Origin: an uncultured delta proteobacterium
Lineage (GTDB): Bacteria > Myxococcota > Myxococcia > Myxococcales > Anaeromyxobacteraceae
Reading direction: 5' to 3'
Assembly (NCBI GenBank): GCA_963814585.1
Contig: CAWFDF010000012.1
Location: forward strand, 448,001-512,000
Length of the DNA stretch: 64,000 nucleotides
This document shows positions 52,702 through 62,736 of the stretch, one piece after another; position 1 is the first letter of the stretch, and every line of letters begins with the position of its first letter. The position numbers and the translations under genes are program-made. Under the pieces are notes generated by a model. That model ran no database searches, had not been told where the DNA came from, and saw only the letters and a list, made by a program, of their open reading frames with translations.

Positions 52702-54240
52702 ATGGAAAGGGTCCACCACCACGGGGATCGACGCAGCGGGGTGCTGCTCCACCCCACCTCGCTCCCGGGGCCGTTCGGGATCGGCGACCTCGGCCCGAGC
52801 GCCCGCGCCTTCGCCGACTTCCTCTCGGAGGCCGGCCAGCGGGTCTGGCAGGTGCTCCCGCTCGGCCCCACCGGCTACGGTGACTCCCCGTACCAGTCGC
52901 CGGGCGCCCTGGCCGGGAACCCACTGCTGGTCAGCCCCGAGCTGCTGGCCGAGGACGGCCTGCTCACGCCGACGGAGCTGGCCGAGGCCCGCGGCGGCGG
53001 CGAGGGCGCCGTCGACTACGGCGCCGTCATCCCCCGCCGGGAGGCCCTGCTCCGCCTGGTCTCGGAGCGCTTCGGCGGGCGCGCCGGGCCGGGCCTGCAC
53101 CGCGACCTGGAGGCCTTCCGGGCGGCGCGGGTGACCTGGCTGCCGGACCTGGCGCTCTTCCTGGCCCTCAAGGCCGCCCACCAGGGCGCCCCGTGGCCGG
53201 CCTGGGCGCCCGAGCTGAGGGACCGGGACCCGACCGCCCTGGCCCGGGCGGCGAGGCGGCTGGCCACGGAGGTCGAGGCGCAGGTGGTGGCCCAGTTCCT
53301 CTTCGACCGACAGTGGCGGGCGCTGCGCGCCCACGCCCGCGGCCGAGGCGTCCAGCTCATGGGCGACCTCCCCATCTACGTGGCCCACGACAGCGCCGAG
53401 GTCTGGGCCCGGCGCGACCTGTTCCAGCTCGGCGAGCAGGGGGCGCCGACCGCGGTGGCGGGGGTCCCGCCCGACTACTTCTCGGCCACCGGCCAGCGCT
53501 GGGGCAATCCCCTCTACCGCTGGGAGGAGCGCCTCGACGACTGCGCCGGCTTCTTCGGCGAGCGGGCGCGCGACGCCCTGGCCTGGGTGGACGAGGTCCG
53601 GCTCGACCACTTCCGCGGCCTCGAGGCCTACTGGTCGATCCCGGCCGGCGCGCCGACGGCGGAGGAGGGGTCCTGGCGGCCCGGCCCGGGTGCGGCCATC
53701 CTCGACCGGCTGCGGCGCGAGCTGGGCCACCTCCCGTTCGTGGCGGAGAACCTCGGCGTCATCACGCCGCCGGTCGAGGCCCTGCGGCGCGGCTTCGGCC
53801 TCCCCGGCATGGCCATCCTCCAGTTCGCCTTCGGCACCGATCCCCAGGCGCCCGGATTCCGGCCGCACCGGTACCAGCGGGACCTGGTGGCCTACACCGG
53901 GACGCACGACAACGACACCGTGGCCGGCTGGTGGGCCAGCCAGGGCGGCGACTCCACCCGGTCCGCGGCGGACATCGAGCGGGAGAAGGCGCTGGCGCGC
54001 CGCTACCTGGACACCGACGGCCACGACATGCCCTGGGCGATGCTGCGCGCGCTGCAGGCCTCGGTGGCGGACACGGTGATCGCCCCGGTGCAGGACCTGC
54101 TCGGGCTGGGGAGCGAGGCCCGCATGAACCGGCCCGGGACGGCCTCGGGGAACTGGCGCTGGCGGCTCCGGGAGGGAGGGCTCACCCCGGCCCTGGCGGC
54201 GAGGCTCGGCGAGCTCTCCAGCCTGTTCGACCGGCGGTGA
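52702..54240 (+). CDS. malQ: 4-alpha-glucanotransferase (GH77)
   Basis: GVLLHPTSLPG, WQVLPLGP, GVPPDYFS, RLDHFRG, AENLG, YTGTHDNDT. Confidence 0.96.
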   Translation: MERVHHHGDRRSGVLLHPTSLPGPFGIGDLGPSARAFADFLSEAGQRVWQVLPLGPTGYGDSPYQSPGALAGNPLLVSPELLAEDGLLTPTELAEARGGGEGAVDYGAVIPRREALLRLVSERFGGRAGPGLHRDLEAFRAARVTWLPDLALFLALKAAHQGAPWPAWAPELRDRDPTALARAARRLATEVEAQVVAQFLFDRQWRALRAHARGRGVQLMGDLPIYVAHDSAEVWARRDLFQLGEQGAPTAVAGVPPDYFSATGQRWGNPLYRWEERLDDCAGFFGERARDALAWVDEVRLDHFRGLEAYWSIPAGAPTAEEGSWRPGPGAAILDRLRRELGHLPFVAENLGVITPPVEALRRGFGLPGMAILQFAFGTDPQAPGFRPHRYQRDLVAYTGTHDNDTVAGWWASQGGDSTRSAADIEREKALARRYLDTDGHDMPWAMLRALQASVADTVIAPVQDLLGLGSEARMNRPGTASGNWRWRLREGGLTPALAARLGELSSLFDRR

Positions 54241-55905
54241 TCAGCCCTCGCGCCGCAGCTCGAACCAGTAGAAGCCGTACCCGCCCAGCGTCAGGACGTA
54301 GGGCGACTCGCCGATGACGGGGAACGGCGTGTAGCCCAGCATCTCCACGGGCGTGAGCCCCCGGAACCCGGAGAGGTCGAGCTGGGCGGGCTGGGCGTGG
54401 CGCGAGAGGTTGGCGACGCAGAGGATGGTGTCGGACTCCCAGCGCCGCACGAAGGCCAGGATCTTCCGGTTGGCCACCGCCAGGAACTCGATGCTGCCCC
54501 GCCCGAAGACCCGGAACTGCTTGCGCAGCCGGATCATGTTGCGCATCCAGTGGAGCAGCGAGGAGCGATCGCGCAGCTGGGCCTCGACGTTGACGGCCGC
54601 GGTCCCGTAGACCGGATCCGAGATGGGGGGCGAGTAGAGCCGGTCCGGCGGTGCCGCGGAGAAGCCGGCGCTGGCCTCGCCGGTCCACTGCATGGGGGTG
54701 CGCACGCCGTCGCGATCGGCGAGGAGCACGTCGTCCCCCATGCCGATCTCGTCGCCGTAGTAGAGGATGGGCGTCCCGGGCAGCGAGAAGAGCAGCCCGT
54801 TGAGCAGCTCGATGCGCTTGCGGCCGTTCTCCACCAGCGGCGCCAGGCGGCGGCGGATGCCGACGTTGACCCGGGCGCGCGGGTCGCGGGCGTACGCCAG
54901 GTTCATGTAGGCCCGGTCGTCGTCGCTCACCATCTCCAGGGTCAGCTCGTCGTGGTTGCGCAGGAAGAGGCCCCACTGGCACGAGGGTGGGATGGCCGGC
55001 GTCCGCTGCATGATGTCGATGATGGGCTCGGCGGTCTCCCGACGCAGCCCCATGAAGATGCGCGGCATGACCGGGAAGTGGAAGGCCATGTGGCACTCGT
55101 CGCCGTCGCCGAAGTACGGCCGCACGTCCTCGGGCCACTGGTTGGCCTCGGCCAGGAGCATGCGGCCGGGGGCATGGCGGTCCACGAAGGCGCGAAGGCG
55201 CCGGATCACCGCGTGCGTCTCCGGGAGGTTCTCGCAGGAGGTCCCATCCCGCTCCACCAGGTAGGGGATGGCATCGAGCCGGAAGCCGTCCACGCCCAGG
55301 TCGAGCCAGAAGCGCATCACCTCCTCGAGCTCCTCGAGGACGCGGGGGTTGTCGAAGTTGAGATCCGGCTGGTGGCTGAAGAAGCGGTGCCAGTAGAAGG
55401 ACTGGGCCACCTCGTCCCAGGTCCAGTTCGACTTCTCGGTGTCCGTGAAGATGATGCGGGTGCCGCCGTACTTCTGGTCGGTGTCGCTCCAGACGTAGTA
55501 CTCGCGCTCGGGAGAGCCCGGCGGCGCCCGCCTGGCCCGCTGGAACCACGGGTGCTGGTCGGAGGTATGGTTGACGACCAGCTCCACCAGCACCGCGATG
55601 TCGCGGCGGTGGGCCTCCTCGAGCAGCAGCCGGAAGTCGTCGAGGGTCCCGTAGGTGGGGTGGACGTCGCAGTAGTCGGCGATGTCGTAGCCGTCGTCGC
55701 GCAGCGGCGACGGGAAGAACGGGAGCAGCCAGAGGCACGTGACGCCGAGCGTCTCCAGGTAGTCGAGCTTGTCGGTCAGCCCCTGGAAGTCGCCGATGCC
55801 GTCGCCGTTGCCGTCGGAGAACGCCTTGACGTGCGTCTCGTAGATGATCGCGTCCTTGTACCAGAGCGGATCGAGGGTGGTCCGGGTGGTCACGGTCGCG
55901 CGCAC
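54241..55905 (-). CDS. treS: Trehalose synthase (GH13)
   Basis: [55 protein letters not shown]; start approximate. Confidence 0.95.
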   Translation of the reverse strand: MRATVTTRTTLDPLWYKDAIIYETHVKAFSDGNGDGIGDFQGLTDKLDYLETLGVTCLWLLPFFPSPLRDDGYDIADYCDVHPTYGTLDDFRLLLEEAHRRDIAVLVELVVNHTSDQHPWFQRARRAPPGSPEREYYVWSDTDQKYGGTRIIFTDTEKSNWTWDEVAQSFYWHRFFSHQPDLNFDNPRVLEELEEVMRFWLDLGVDGFRLDAIPYLVERDGTSCENLPETHAVIRRLRAFVDRHAPGRMLLAEANQWPEDVRPYFGDGDECHMAFHFPVMPRIFMGLRRETAEPIIDIMQRTPAIPPSCQWGLFLRNHDELTLEMVSDDDRAYMNLAYARDPRARVNVGIRRRLAPLVENGRKRIELLNGLLFSLPGTPILYYGDEIGMGDDVLLADRDGVRTPMQWTGEASAGFSAAPPDRLYSPPISDPVYGTAAVNVEAQLRDRSSLLHWMRNMIRLRKQFRVFGRGSIEFLAVANRKILAFVRRWESDTILCVANLSRHAQPAQLDLSGFRGLTPVEMLGYTPFPVIGESPYVLTLGGYGFYWFELRREG

Positions 55906-55912
55906 CGGGTGA

Positions 55913-56383
55913 CTACCGGCCAGGGGGCGGCGGAGCCAGCGTGGGCGCGGGCGCGCCTGGCTCCCGGAGCAGCGGGTGGAGCGCCCGACGGATCTCGTCC
56001 AGGGAGGCCCGGACGGTCGGGTCGCGACGGGCCAGCGCGCCGGTCACGACGTCGCGCCTGGCCAGCACCGCGGTGAGCGCGGCCTGCAACTCGGGGCTGT
56101 CCGCTCCGCCCGCCGACTGCCGGACCAGGTCGAAGAAGCGCGTGGAGGCGACCTGGGCCTTCTCGTACGAGGCCGGATCCTTGGCGTCCTCCAGGAGGTC
56201 GAGCACGCGATCGTGCAGCGCGTGGACGAGGATCAGGGAGCGGGCCGCGGCCAGCTCGGCCTCGGCCCGGGCCAGCCGGGCCTCGACGTCGAAGCGGCGC
56301 CCGCGCTCCGGCAGGTGCACTCCGACCAGCACGGCAACAGCGCCCACCACCACGGAAACCACGACTGCGATCAGGAGCTTCAT
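55913..56383 (-). CDS. Hypothetical membrane-anchored helical protein
   Basis: [31 protein letters not shown] then coiled coil; overlaps the MarR stop. Confidence 0.6.
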   Translation of the reverse strand: MKLLIAVVVSVVVGAVAVLVGVHLPERGRRFDVEARLARAEAELAAARSLILVHALHDRVLDLLEDAKDPASYEKAQVASTRFFDLVRQSAGGADSPELQAALTAVLARRDVVTGALARRDPTVRASLDEIRRALHPLLREPGAPAPTLAPPPPGR

Positions 56384-56907
56384 GGTGTCTCCTCGTTGAC
56401 GACATGAATGGCGCGACGGCGGACGCCTGGTCGGGGTGGAGCGCGACGCCGGCCCGCCGGCGGCGGGGCTCCCGAGAGCCGCTTGGTGAGCTGGGCGAGG
56501 ACGGCACGGGTCTCCTCCCCACGGCCCGGTGGCGAGGCCTCCAGGACCTGCCGGACGGCGGTCTCCACCGTCCCCGGAAGGAGGGCGTCGATGGACTTCC
56601 CTCGCCGGGTCAGCACCAGGCGGACCTGGCGGCCGTCGTCCGGATCGGCTCGCCGCTCCAGGAAGCCGGCGCTGGCGAGACGTGCCGCCAGGCGGCTGAC
56701 CGTGGCCGGGTGGAGGTGGAGCTGGCGGGCCGCCTGGCCCGGCGTGCACCCCTTCAGCCGGCCGACCACGCGGACCAGGAGCCGCTGCGGTCCGGTCACC
56801 CCGTACCGCTCCAGCATCCGCCTGGAGAGCGCCTGCATGGCGTGGTCGAGCGCCCACAGATCCTGGAGGAAGGCGAGCTCCTCGGTCATCGACTCCCTGG
56901 CCGGCAT
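56380..56907 (-). CDS. MarR-family transcriptional regulator
   Basis: GVTGPQ...LHPATVSRLAARL...DPDDGRQVRLVLTRRG. Confidence 0.88.
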   Translation of the reverse strand: MPARESMTEELAFLQDLWALDHAMQALSRRMLERYGVTGPQRLLVRVVGRLKGCTPGQAARQLHLHPATVSRLAARLASAGFLERRADPDDGRQVRLVLTRRGKSIDALLPGTVETAVRQVLEASPPGRGEETRAVLAQLTKRLSGAPPPAGRRRAPPRPGVRRRAIHVVNEETP

Positions 56908-56934
56908 CCCTGGTTCTCCGATCGGACCGTGACG

Positions 56935-57435
56935 TCAGGCACCGGTCGGGAGCCGTGACGAGACCGCCACGATGGCCCCGACGTTGACGATGGCGCTGCG
57001 GACCGTCCCGGTCCGCGAGAGCTGGCTCGACGGGAAGCGGAGGCGGCTCCGCTCCACCACCACGAAGCGCTGTGCCTGCTCCAGGAAGCGGGCCGGCGAG
57101 CCTCCTCTCCTGACCTCGAAGAGGCCGGTGAGCTGGCCCTGGGCCAGCAGGATCGTCGCCTGGTGCTGGGCGCCTCGCCCTCGCGCCGGGCTCGGCGCCA
57201 CGCGTTCCTCGGCCTGGGGCACCAGGAGGTGCAGGTGATGCTTGGCGATCGACAGCGGCGCGGCCCCGGGCCTCCACCAGCCCGAGGCGACCTCCGCCAG
57301 GTGGACCTGCCGGCCGGCGCCGTTGAGGAACCGGAGCAGCGTCTGCCGGCCAGGCAGGCGCAGGGCCCCGAGGATCCAGCCTCGCGGCGTGAGCAGGTGC
57401 GCCCAGACCAGACGTTCTCCCGCCAGGGCCTTCAT
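56935..57435 (-). CDS. Hypothetical protein with an internally duplicated beta domain
   Basis: GGAGG RBS before the ATG at 57435; two similar halves (G.L.L...LLRFLN and G.FEV...ARFLEQ). Confidence 0.5.
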   Translation of the reverse strand: MKALAGERLVWAHLLTPRGWILGALRLPGRQTLLRFLNGAGRQVHLAEVASGWWRPGAAPLSIAKHHLHLLVPQAEERVAPSPARGRGAQHQATILLAQGQLTGLFEVRRGGSPARFLEQAQRFVVVERSRLRFPSSQLSRTGTVRSAIVNVGAIVAVSSRLPTGA

Positions 57436-57654
57436 GACTCGCCTCCCCGCGTTGCGCCGTCCATCCCCATCAGTTCTGTGCACATGCACTCATCATAGAC
57501 CTCTTCCTGCCTTCGATCGACCACCCCCCGGGCCGGGAGCCCGCGCGGTCCTGTCATGACCCTGGCGTGGTGGGCGGCGGGCGCCACCCCCAGGGGGCTC
57601 CCGGAGGGGACGTGGCCCGGCAGACGGAGCGCTCCGCGGCTTCCCTGCCTGGCC

Positions 57655-59286
57655 TCATGGCCGACCGCGATCCGGCGAGGCGGCCGGGCCGCGGGCGTCC
57701 TGGCGGTCCAGGTGCAGCGTCTGCGTCGGGAAGGCCATGGAGGTGCCGGCCGACTGGACCACCCCCATGAACTGGAGGAGCACCTCCTGGCGGATCCCCT
57801 GGAACTCGCCCCAGTCGCAGGTCCGGAACCAGGCCATGATCTCGATGTCGAGCGAGAAGGCGCCGAACTGCTTGAAGCGGACGACCACGGCGTCCGGCCA
57901 GATGAGCGGGTGGGCGCGGAGCACGGCCTCGAGCCCCGCCAGCACCACCCGCATCTGGTCGGCGGTGGTCTCGTAGACCAGCCCGAGGTCGCAGGCCAGG
58001 CGGATCCGGTCGCGAGCGGTGTACGACTCGAGCCGCATGTCGGCCAGCCGACCGTTGGGGATGGTCACCAGGGTCCGATCCAGGGTGCGTATCCGGGTCG
58101 ACCGCAGCCCCACCGCCTCGACCGTACCGACCATGTCCTCGACCTTGACGAAGTCGCCCTCCCGGATGGGCTGGTCGAGGCCGATGGCCACCGCGCCGAA
58201 CAGGTTCTCCACGGTCTTCTGCGCCGCGAGGGCGAAGGCGAGGCCGCCCAGGCCGAGGCCGGCCAGGAGGCTGGCCACCGGGTAGCCGAGCTCCGACAGC
58301 GCTGCGATCACGGCCAGCGCGCCCACCACCACCTTGGCGATGCGCCCGGCGATGGAGAGGAGCGACCGGGAGCCCGGCCGGTCTCGGGCCCACGGCGCCT
58401 GCGCCAGCGCGCTGGTGGAGACGTCGATGGCTCGCAGCATCGACCAGAACGCCACCACCAGGATGCCGGCGCGCATGACCCGGTCCGTGACCACCTGGAT
58501 CGGCTGGGACATGTCGAGCCGCGCCAGGATCAGGGCGGCCACCGCGAGGCTCCAGGCCAGCGTCAGCGGCCCTCCCAGGCGATTGACGACCTCATCGTCC
58601 CACCTCGCCCTGGTGCGCCGGGTGAACCGCAGGAGCACGGCCCGGGTGATCCGGCCGAGGAGGGCACCGAGGGTCCAGGCCACCGGGGCGATGATCAGCA
58701 GCGCCAGCCACTGCCACCAGGGCAGCTCCAGGGGCCCGGCCCGGAGGAGCGGCGCCGGGAGCCGGTCGAGCGCCCACCGGCCAGGCAGCCTCCCGTACCA
58801 GGACGGGATCCGCTCCACCGTCGAGCGCGCGAACTTCCACCTCCTCGCCCCAGCCTCCTCCAGCCGGGCCAGGCGGACGGGCTCCAGCTGGCCGGCCGCG
58901 CCCGGCACCCGGCCCAGCTCCTCCAGGGTGGAGGGCAGACCGTCTCCCTGGCGGCCCTCGGCCGCGTCCGACACCTCCTGCAGGTCGATCCAGAGGCTGC
59001 GATCGAGCACGGCCTTCAGGTGGCGGGCGAGCGCCTCTCCGTCGGGCCGCTGCGAGGGCGCGACGTCCAGGAGGGACGCGGCCTCGCGAAACCGGCCTTC
59101 GCGGGCCAGGTCCAGGAAGCGCTCGACGAGCGCCCGCGGGGTCTCGGCGAGGTCGCCGGCCGAGGATCCTCCCGGCAGGGCGTTCCCGGCCGCCGGCGTG
59201 ACCTCGGCGGTCGGCGCCGCGGGCGCGGGCTGGGAGAGTGCCAGCAGGAGCGAGGCCAGGAGCCGCGCGGCGATCACGGTGGTCAT
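57655..59286 (-). CDS. MscS mechanosensitive channel with large periplasmic N-terminal domain
   Basis: LLAGLGLGGLAFALAAQ, GDFV, GTVEAVGLRSTRIRT, TIPNG, AFPT. Confidence 0.92.
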   Translation of the reverse strand: MTTVIAARLLASLLLALSQPAPAAPTAEVTPAAGNALPGGSSAGDLAETPRALVERFLDLAREGRFREAASLLDVAPSQRPDGEALARHLKAVLDRSLWIDLQEVSDAAEGRQGDGLPSTLEELGRVPGAAGQLEPVRLARLEEAGARRWKFARSTVERIPSWYGRLPGRWALDRLPAPLLRAGPLELPWWQWLALLIIAPVAWTLGALLGRITRAVLLRFTRRTRARWDDEVVNRLGGPLTLAWSLAVAALILARLDMSQPIQVVTDRVMRAGILVVAFWSMLRAIDVSTSALAQAPWARDRPGSRSLLSIAGRIAKVVVGALAVIAALSELGYPVASLLAGLGLGGLAFALAAQKTVENLFGAVAIGLDQPIREGDFVKVEDMVGTVEAVGLRSTRIRTLDRTLVTIPNGRLADMRLESYTARDRIRLACDLGLVYETTADQMRVVLAGLEAVLRAHPLIWPDAVVVRFKQFGAFSLDIEIMAWFRTCDWGEFQGIRQEVLLQFMGVVQSAGTSMAFPTQTLHLDRQDARGPAASPDRGRP

Positions 59287-59365
59287 GGCCGTCGAGAATG
59301 CCACTCCCCGGCCTCCTCGGCACGTCGGACCCCGGGGACGGGGCGCGACCGGGACCGGTCGAGGT

Positions 59366-62098
59366 TCATGAGATTGCCGGGGTCGGCTCGCCTCGCCGCG
59401 CCCGCCTCGCCACCTTCTCGACCTCCATGACGCCCACCAGGAGGAGCGCTCCGGCCACGCCGACGGCCCACTCCAGCGGCCCGGCCGGCTGCGCGCCCAG
59501 CACGGCGCCGAGCCACGGCGTGTACATGGCCGCCACGTGCAGGAGGAGGGCGGCCATGGTCCCGAAGAGCAGCAGGCGGTTGCGCAGCGGGCTGAGCGCG
59601 AACACCGAGCGCGTCTCGGAGCGGCTGTTGCCGGCCTGGGCGTTCTCGAAGAGGACCATCATGAGCAGGAGGCCGCTCCCGGCCCGGGCCGGGTCCCATC
59701 CGGCCGCCAGGGCGGCCCACCAGGCGCCGAAGGCGATGGTGGCCATGATCGCGGCGGAGAGGAGGGTCCGGCCCAGCATGAGCCGGTTGAAGATGGGCTC
59801 GCCGGGAGGCCGGGGCGGCTGGGCCAGCTCGCCCCCCTCGCCCGGCTCGAAGGCCAGGGCCACGTCCTGGATGCCATTGGTCACCAGGTTGAGCCAGAGG
59901 AGCTGGACGGCGGTCAGCGGCAGGGGGAGGCCTGCCAGCGTCGCCAGCACGAACAGCAGGATCTCCGCCGCGCCGCTCGAGACCAGCAGGAAGATGACCT
60001 TGCGGACGTTGGCGTAGGCGATGCGCCCCTCCTCGATGCCGGCGACGATGGAGGCGAAGTTGTCGTCGGCCAGGACCAGCTGCGCGCTCTCCCGGGCCAC
60101 GTCGGTGCCGCGGCGCCCCATGGCGATCCCGATGTGGGCGGCCCGCAGCGCCGGTGCATCGTTGGCGCCGTCACCGGTCACGGCGACGAAGTGGCCGGCG
60201 CGCTGGAGGGCCTGGACGATCTCGAGCTTCTGGGTCGGCTCGACGCGGGCGAAGACCCTGGCTCCGCGGACCAGCGCGTCGACGGCCCCCTCGCCCTCCG
60301 CCTGGGCCTGGGCCAGCCTCCGCCCCGTCACCACCTGCGCCGGGTCCTGGAGGAGGCCGAGCTCCTGGGCGATGGCGCTCGCCGTCACCGGATGGTCTCC
60401 GGTGACCATGACCACCTCGACGCCGGCCTGGCGGCAGGCCCGGACGGCCGCCGGCGCCTCGGGGCGGAGCGGGTCGGCCAGGGCCACCAGCCCCAGGTAG
60501 CCGAGTCCCCGCAGCGCCGTGGCGTCGAGGGCGGCGTCCTCGTGAAGCTCACCGCTGGCGAGGGCGATGACCCGGTAGCCCGCCGCGGCCAGCGTCTCGA
60601 CCTCGCGCTCCACCCGGCCCGCGTCCAGGGGCCCTGGGCCACCGGCGGTCTCCACGCAGGTGCACATGGGCAGGATCCGCTCCACCGCGCCCTTCACGAA
60701 GGCCCGAGGCGGGCCGCCCGGGGGGCGGTGGAAGGTGGCGGCGTAGCGCTGCTCGGGCTCGTAGGGGATGTCGGCGACGCGTGGCCAGCGGACCTCGGCC
60801 TCGGCCCGGAGCACGCCGCCCTGGTGCGCCAGCACCAGGAGGGCGACGTCCACGGCATCGCCGTGGTGGACCCAGCGGCCGTCCCGGTGGCCCAGGAAGC
60901 CGTCGTTGCATAGCGCGGCGGCCATGAGGAGCCGCTCCAGCCGCGCTCCCGGGGGCGCCCCGCCGTCGGGGAGCCTGATCTCCCCGTCCGGTGCCTCCCC
61001 CCCGCCGGTCACCTCGAGGACCCCGGCGTCCGGGAGCAGCACCGCGCGGGCGGACAGCTCGTTGATCGTCAGGGTCCCCGTCTTGTCGGAGGCGATGATG
61101 GTGCAGGACCCGAGCGACTCGACCGCCACCAGCCGCCGCGCGATGACGTTGCGCCCGCCCATGCGCCTGGCCCCGATGGACAGGGCCACGGTCAGGGCGA
61201 CCGGCAGCCCCTCCGGGATGGCCGAGACCGCCAGCGCCACCGCCATCAGGAACACCTCGGACGGCGAGGCGCCGCGCGCCAGGGCGATGCCGCCGAGGAC
61301 CAGCACGGCGGCCATGACCGCCAGCGCCACGCGCCGGGCGAAGCGGTCCATCCGGACCAGCAGCGGAGCCCGCGCCGACTCGGCCGAGAGCAGCGCCGTG
61401 GCGATCCGCCCCAGCTCGGTCCAGGCCCCCGTGCCCACCACCACGCCGGTGGCCCGGCCGCGCGCGACGACGCTCCCGGCGAACGCCATGGTGGGCCGGT
61501 CGGCCAGGCCCGCGTCGGCCTTCACCGCGGCGTCGGCCGCCTTGCTGACCGCCATCGACTCGCCGGTGAGGAGCGACTCGTCGATCTCCAGCCCCGCCGA
61601 GGAGATCAGGCGAACGTCGGCAGGGACCCGGAACCCGGACTCGACGACCACCAGGTCCCCGGGCACCAGCTCCTCGCCGTCCAGCTCCTGGTCCTCGCCC
61701 TCCCGGACCACCCTCGCCCGGGAGGTGACCATGGCGCGCAGCGCCGCGGCGGCTCTCTGCGCCGCCTGCTCCTGCGCGGTGCCGATGATGGCGTTGAGCA
61801 GCAGCACCACGGCGATGAAGGCGGCGTCGGTGAGGTGGCGCAGGGCCAGCGAGACCCCCGCCGCCGCCAGCAGGACGTAGATGAGCGGCGAGGCGAACTG
61901 CCGGGCGAAGAGGGCCGCCAGCCCGGGCGGGCGGGCCGTGGGGAGCGCGTTCCGCCCGAAGCGGGCCAGGCGGGATCCGGCCTCGGCCTGGGACAGGCCG
62001 ACGGGCCGGGTCTCGAACGTCGCCATGACCTCGTCGACGGCGCAGGCGTGTGGCGCGGCGAGGGCGGGCGGCGTGGAGGTCGTGGCCGAGGGCCGCAT
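59366..62098 (-). CDS. Cation-transporting P-type ATPase (P2A-like)
   Basis: LTGES, AIPEGL, SDKTGT, KGA, DPLR, TGD, GDGAND, QLLWLNLVTNG. Confidence 0.93.
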   Translation of the reverse strand: MRPSATTSTPPALAAPHACAVDEVMATFETRPVGLSQAEAGSRLARFGRNALPTARPPGLAALFARQFASPLIYVLLAAAGVSLALRHLTDAAFIAVVLLLNAIIGTAQEQAAQRAAAALRAMVTSRARVVREGEDQELDGEELVPGDLVVVESGFRVPADVRLISSAGLEIDESLLTGESMAVSKAADAAVKADAGLADRPTMAFAGSVVARGRATGVVVGTGAWTELGRIATALLSAESARAPLLVRMDRFARRVALAVMAAVLVLGGIALARGASPSEVFLMAVALAVSAIPEGLPVALTVALSIGARRMGGRNVIARRLVAVESLGSCTIIASDKTGTLTINELSARAVLLPDAGVLEVTGGGEAPDGEIRLPDGGAPPGARLERLLMAAALCNDGFLGHRDGRWVHHGDAVDVALLVLAHQGGVLRAEAEVRWPRVADIPYEPEQRYAATFHRPPGGPPRAFVKGAVERILPMCTCVETAGGPGPLDAGRVEREVETLAAAGYRVIALASGELHEDAALDATALRGLGYLGLVALADPLRPEAPAAVRACRQAGVEVVMVTGDHPVTASAIAQELGLLQDPAQVVTGRRLAQAQAEGEGAVDALVRGARVFARVEPTQKLEIVQALQRAGHFVAVTGDGANDAPALRAAHIGIAMGRRGTDVARESAQLVLADDNFASIVAGIEEGRIAYANVRKVIFLLVSSGAAEILLFVLATLAGLPLPLTAVQLLWLNLVTNGIQDVALAFEPGEGGELAQPPRPPGEPIFNRLMLGRTLLSAAIMATIAFGAWWAALAAGWDPARAGSGLLLMMVLFENAQAGNSRSETRSVFALSPLRNRLLLFGTMAALLLHVAAMYTPWLGAVLGAQPAGPLEWAVGVAGALLLVGVMEVEKVARRARRGEPTPAIS

Positions 62099-62307
62099 CG
62101 GGGGACGCTCGCTCCCGGCCGCTGGCCCACTGGCACCCGGCGGGCACGAGCCGCAGCCATCCGAAGCTTGCGCGCTCGGGTCCGGCCCGGTCAATGCGGA
62201 CCGGTTTCGCGCTCTGCGGCACTCGGCCGCATGCGTTCAGGAGACGGCGCGCACCGTGAGTGCACCCCGCGGGCCTCAGGCGGGCACCGCTCCACCTCCA
62301 GCGCGCC

Positions 62308-62736
62308 CTACGATCCCACGGCGACGTAGGCCGGGAGGTCCCCCGCCAGCCGGCGGAGGCCCTTCTTCCGATCCAGGCCCTTGAAGCCGAAGAGCGGCCG
62401 CCGCACGCCGAGCACGATCTCCTTGGCGCCGAGCCGGACTGCCTCGTCGACGATGGTCCGGTACAGGCGCCCTCGGGCCTGGCTGATCTCCACGGCGAAC
62501 CCGGCCTCTCGCAGCCTCGCCGCGGAGGCCTCCAGGACGTCCCGGGCCCTGCGCGCGCGGAACTCCTCCAGCGAGTCCCGGCGCAGGTAGACGCCCACCG
62601 CGTGGGACCACCTGGGCGGCTCATGGACATAGACCAGCAAGACGGTCACGGCGCCACGTTCGTGAAGCCCCATCACGTGATCGAGCGCCCGACGGGTGTC
62701 CTCGGATCCATCGACTGGCACGAGAATGCGGATCAT
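62308..62736 (-). CDS. Universal stress protein
   Basis: ILVPVDGSE...IVLG; 142 aa; start overlaps the antiporter stop. Confidence 0.8.
   Translation of the reverse strand: MIRILVPVDGSEDTRRALDHVMGLHERGAVTVLLVYVHEPPRWSHAVGVYLRRDSLEEFRARRARDVLEASAARLREAGFAVEISQARGRLYRTIVDEAVRLGAKEIVLGVRRPLFGFKGLDRKKGLRRLAGDLPAYVAVGS

Noticed and set aside
62099..62307. Metal or ion riboswitch upstream of the P-type ATPase
   Set aside because: GC-rich stems are present but no yybP-ykoY, M-box or other consensus was recognised; an Infernal/Rfam search would settle it.
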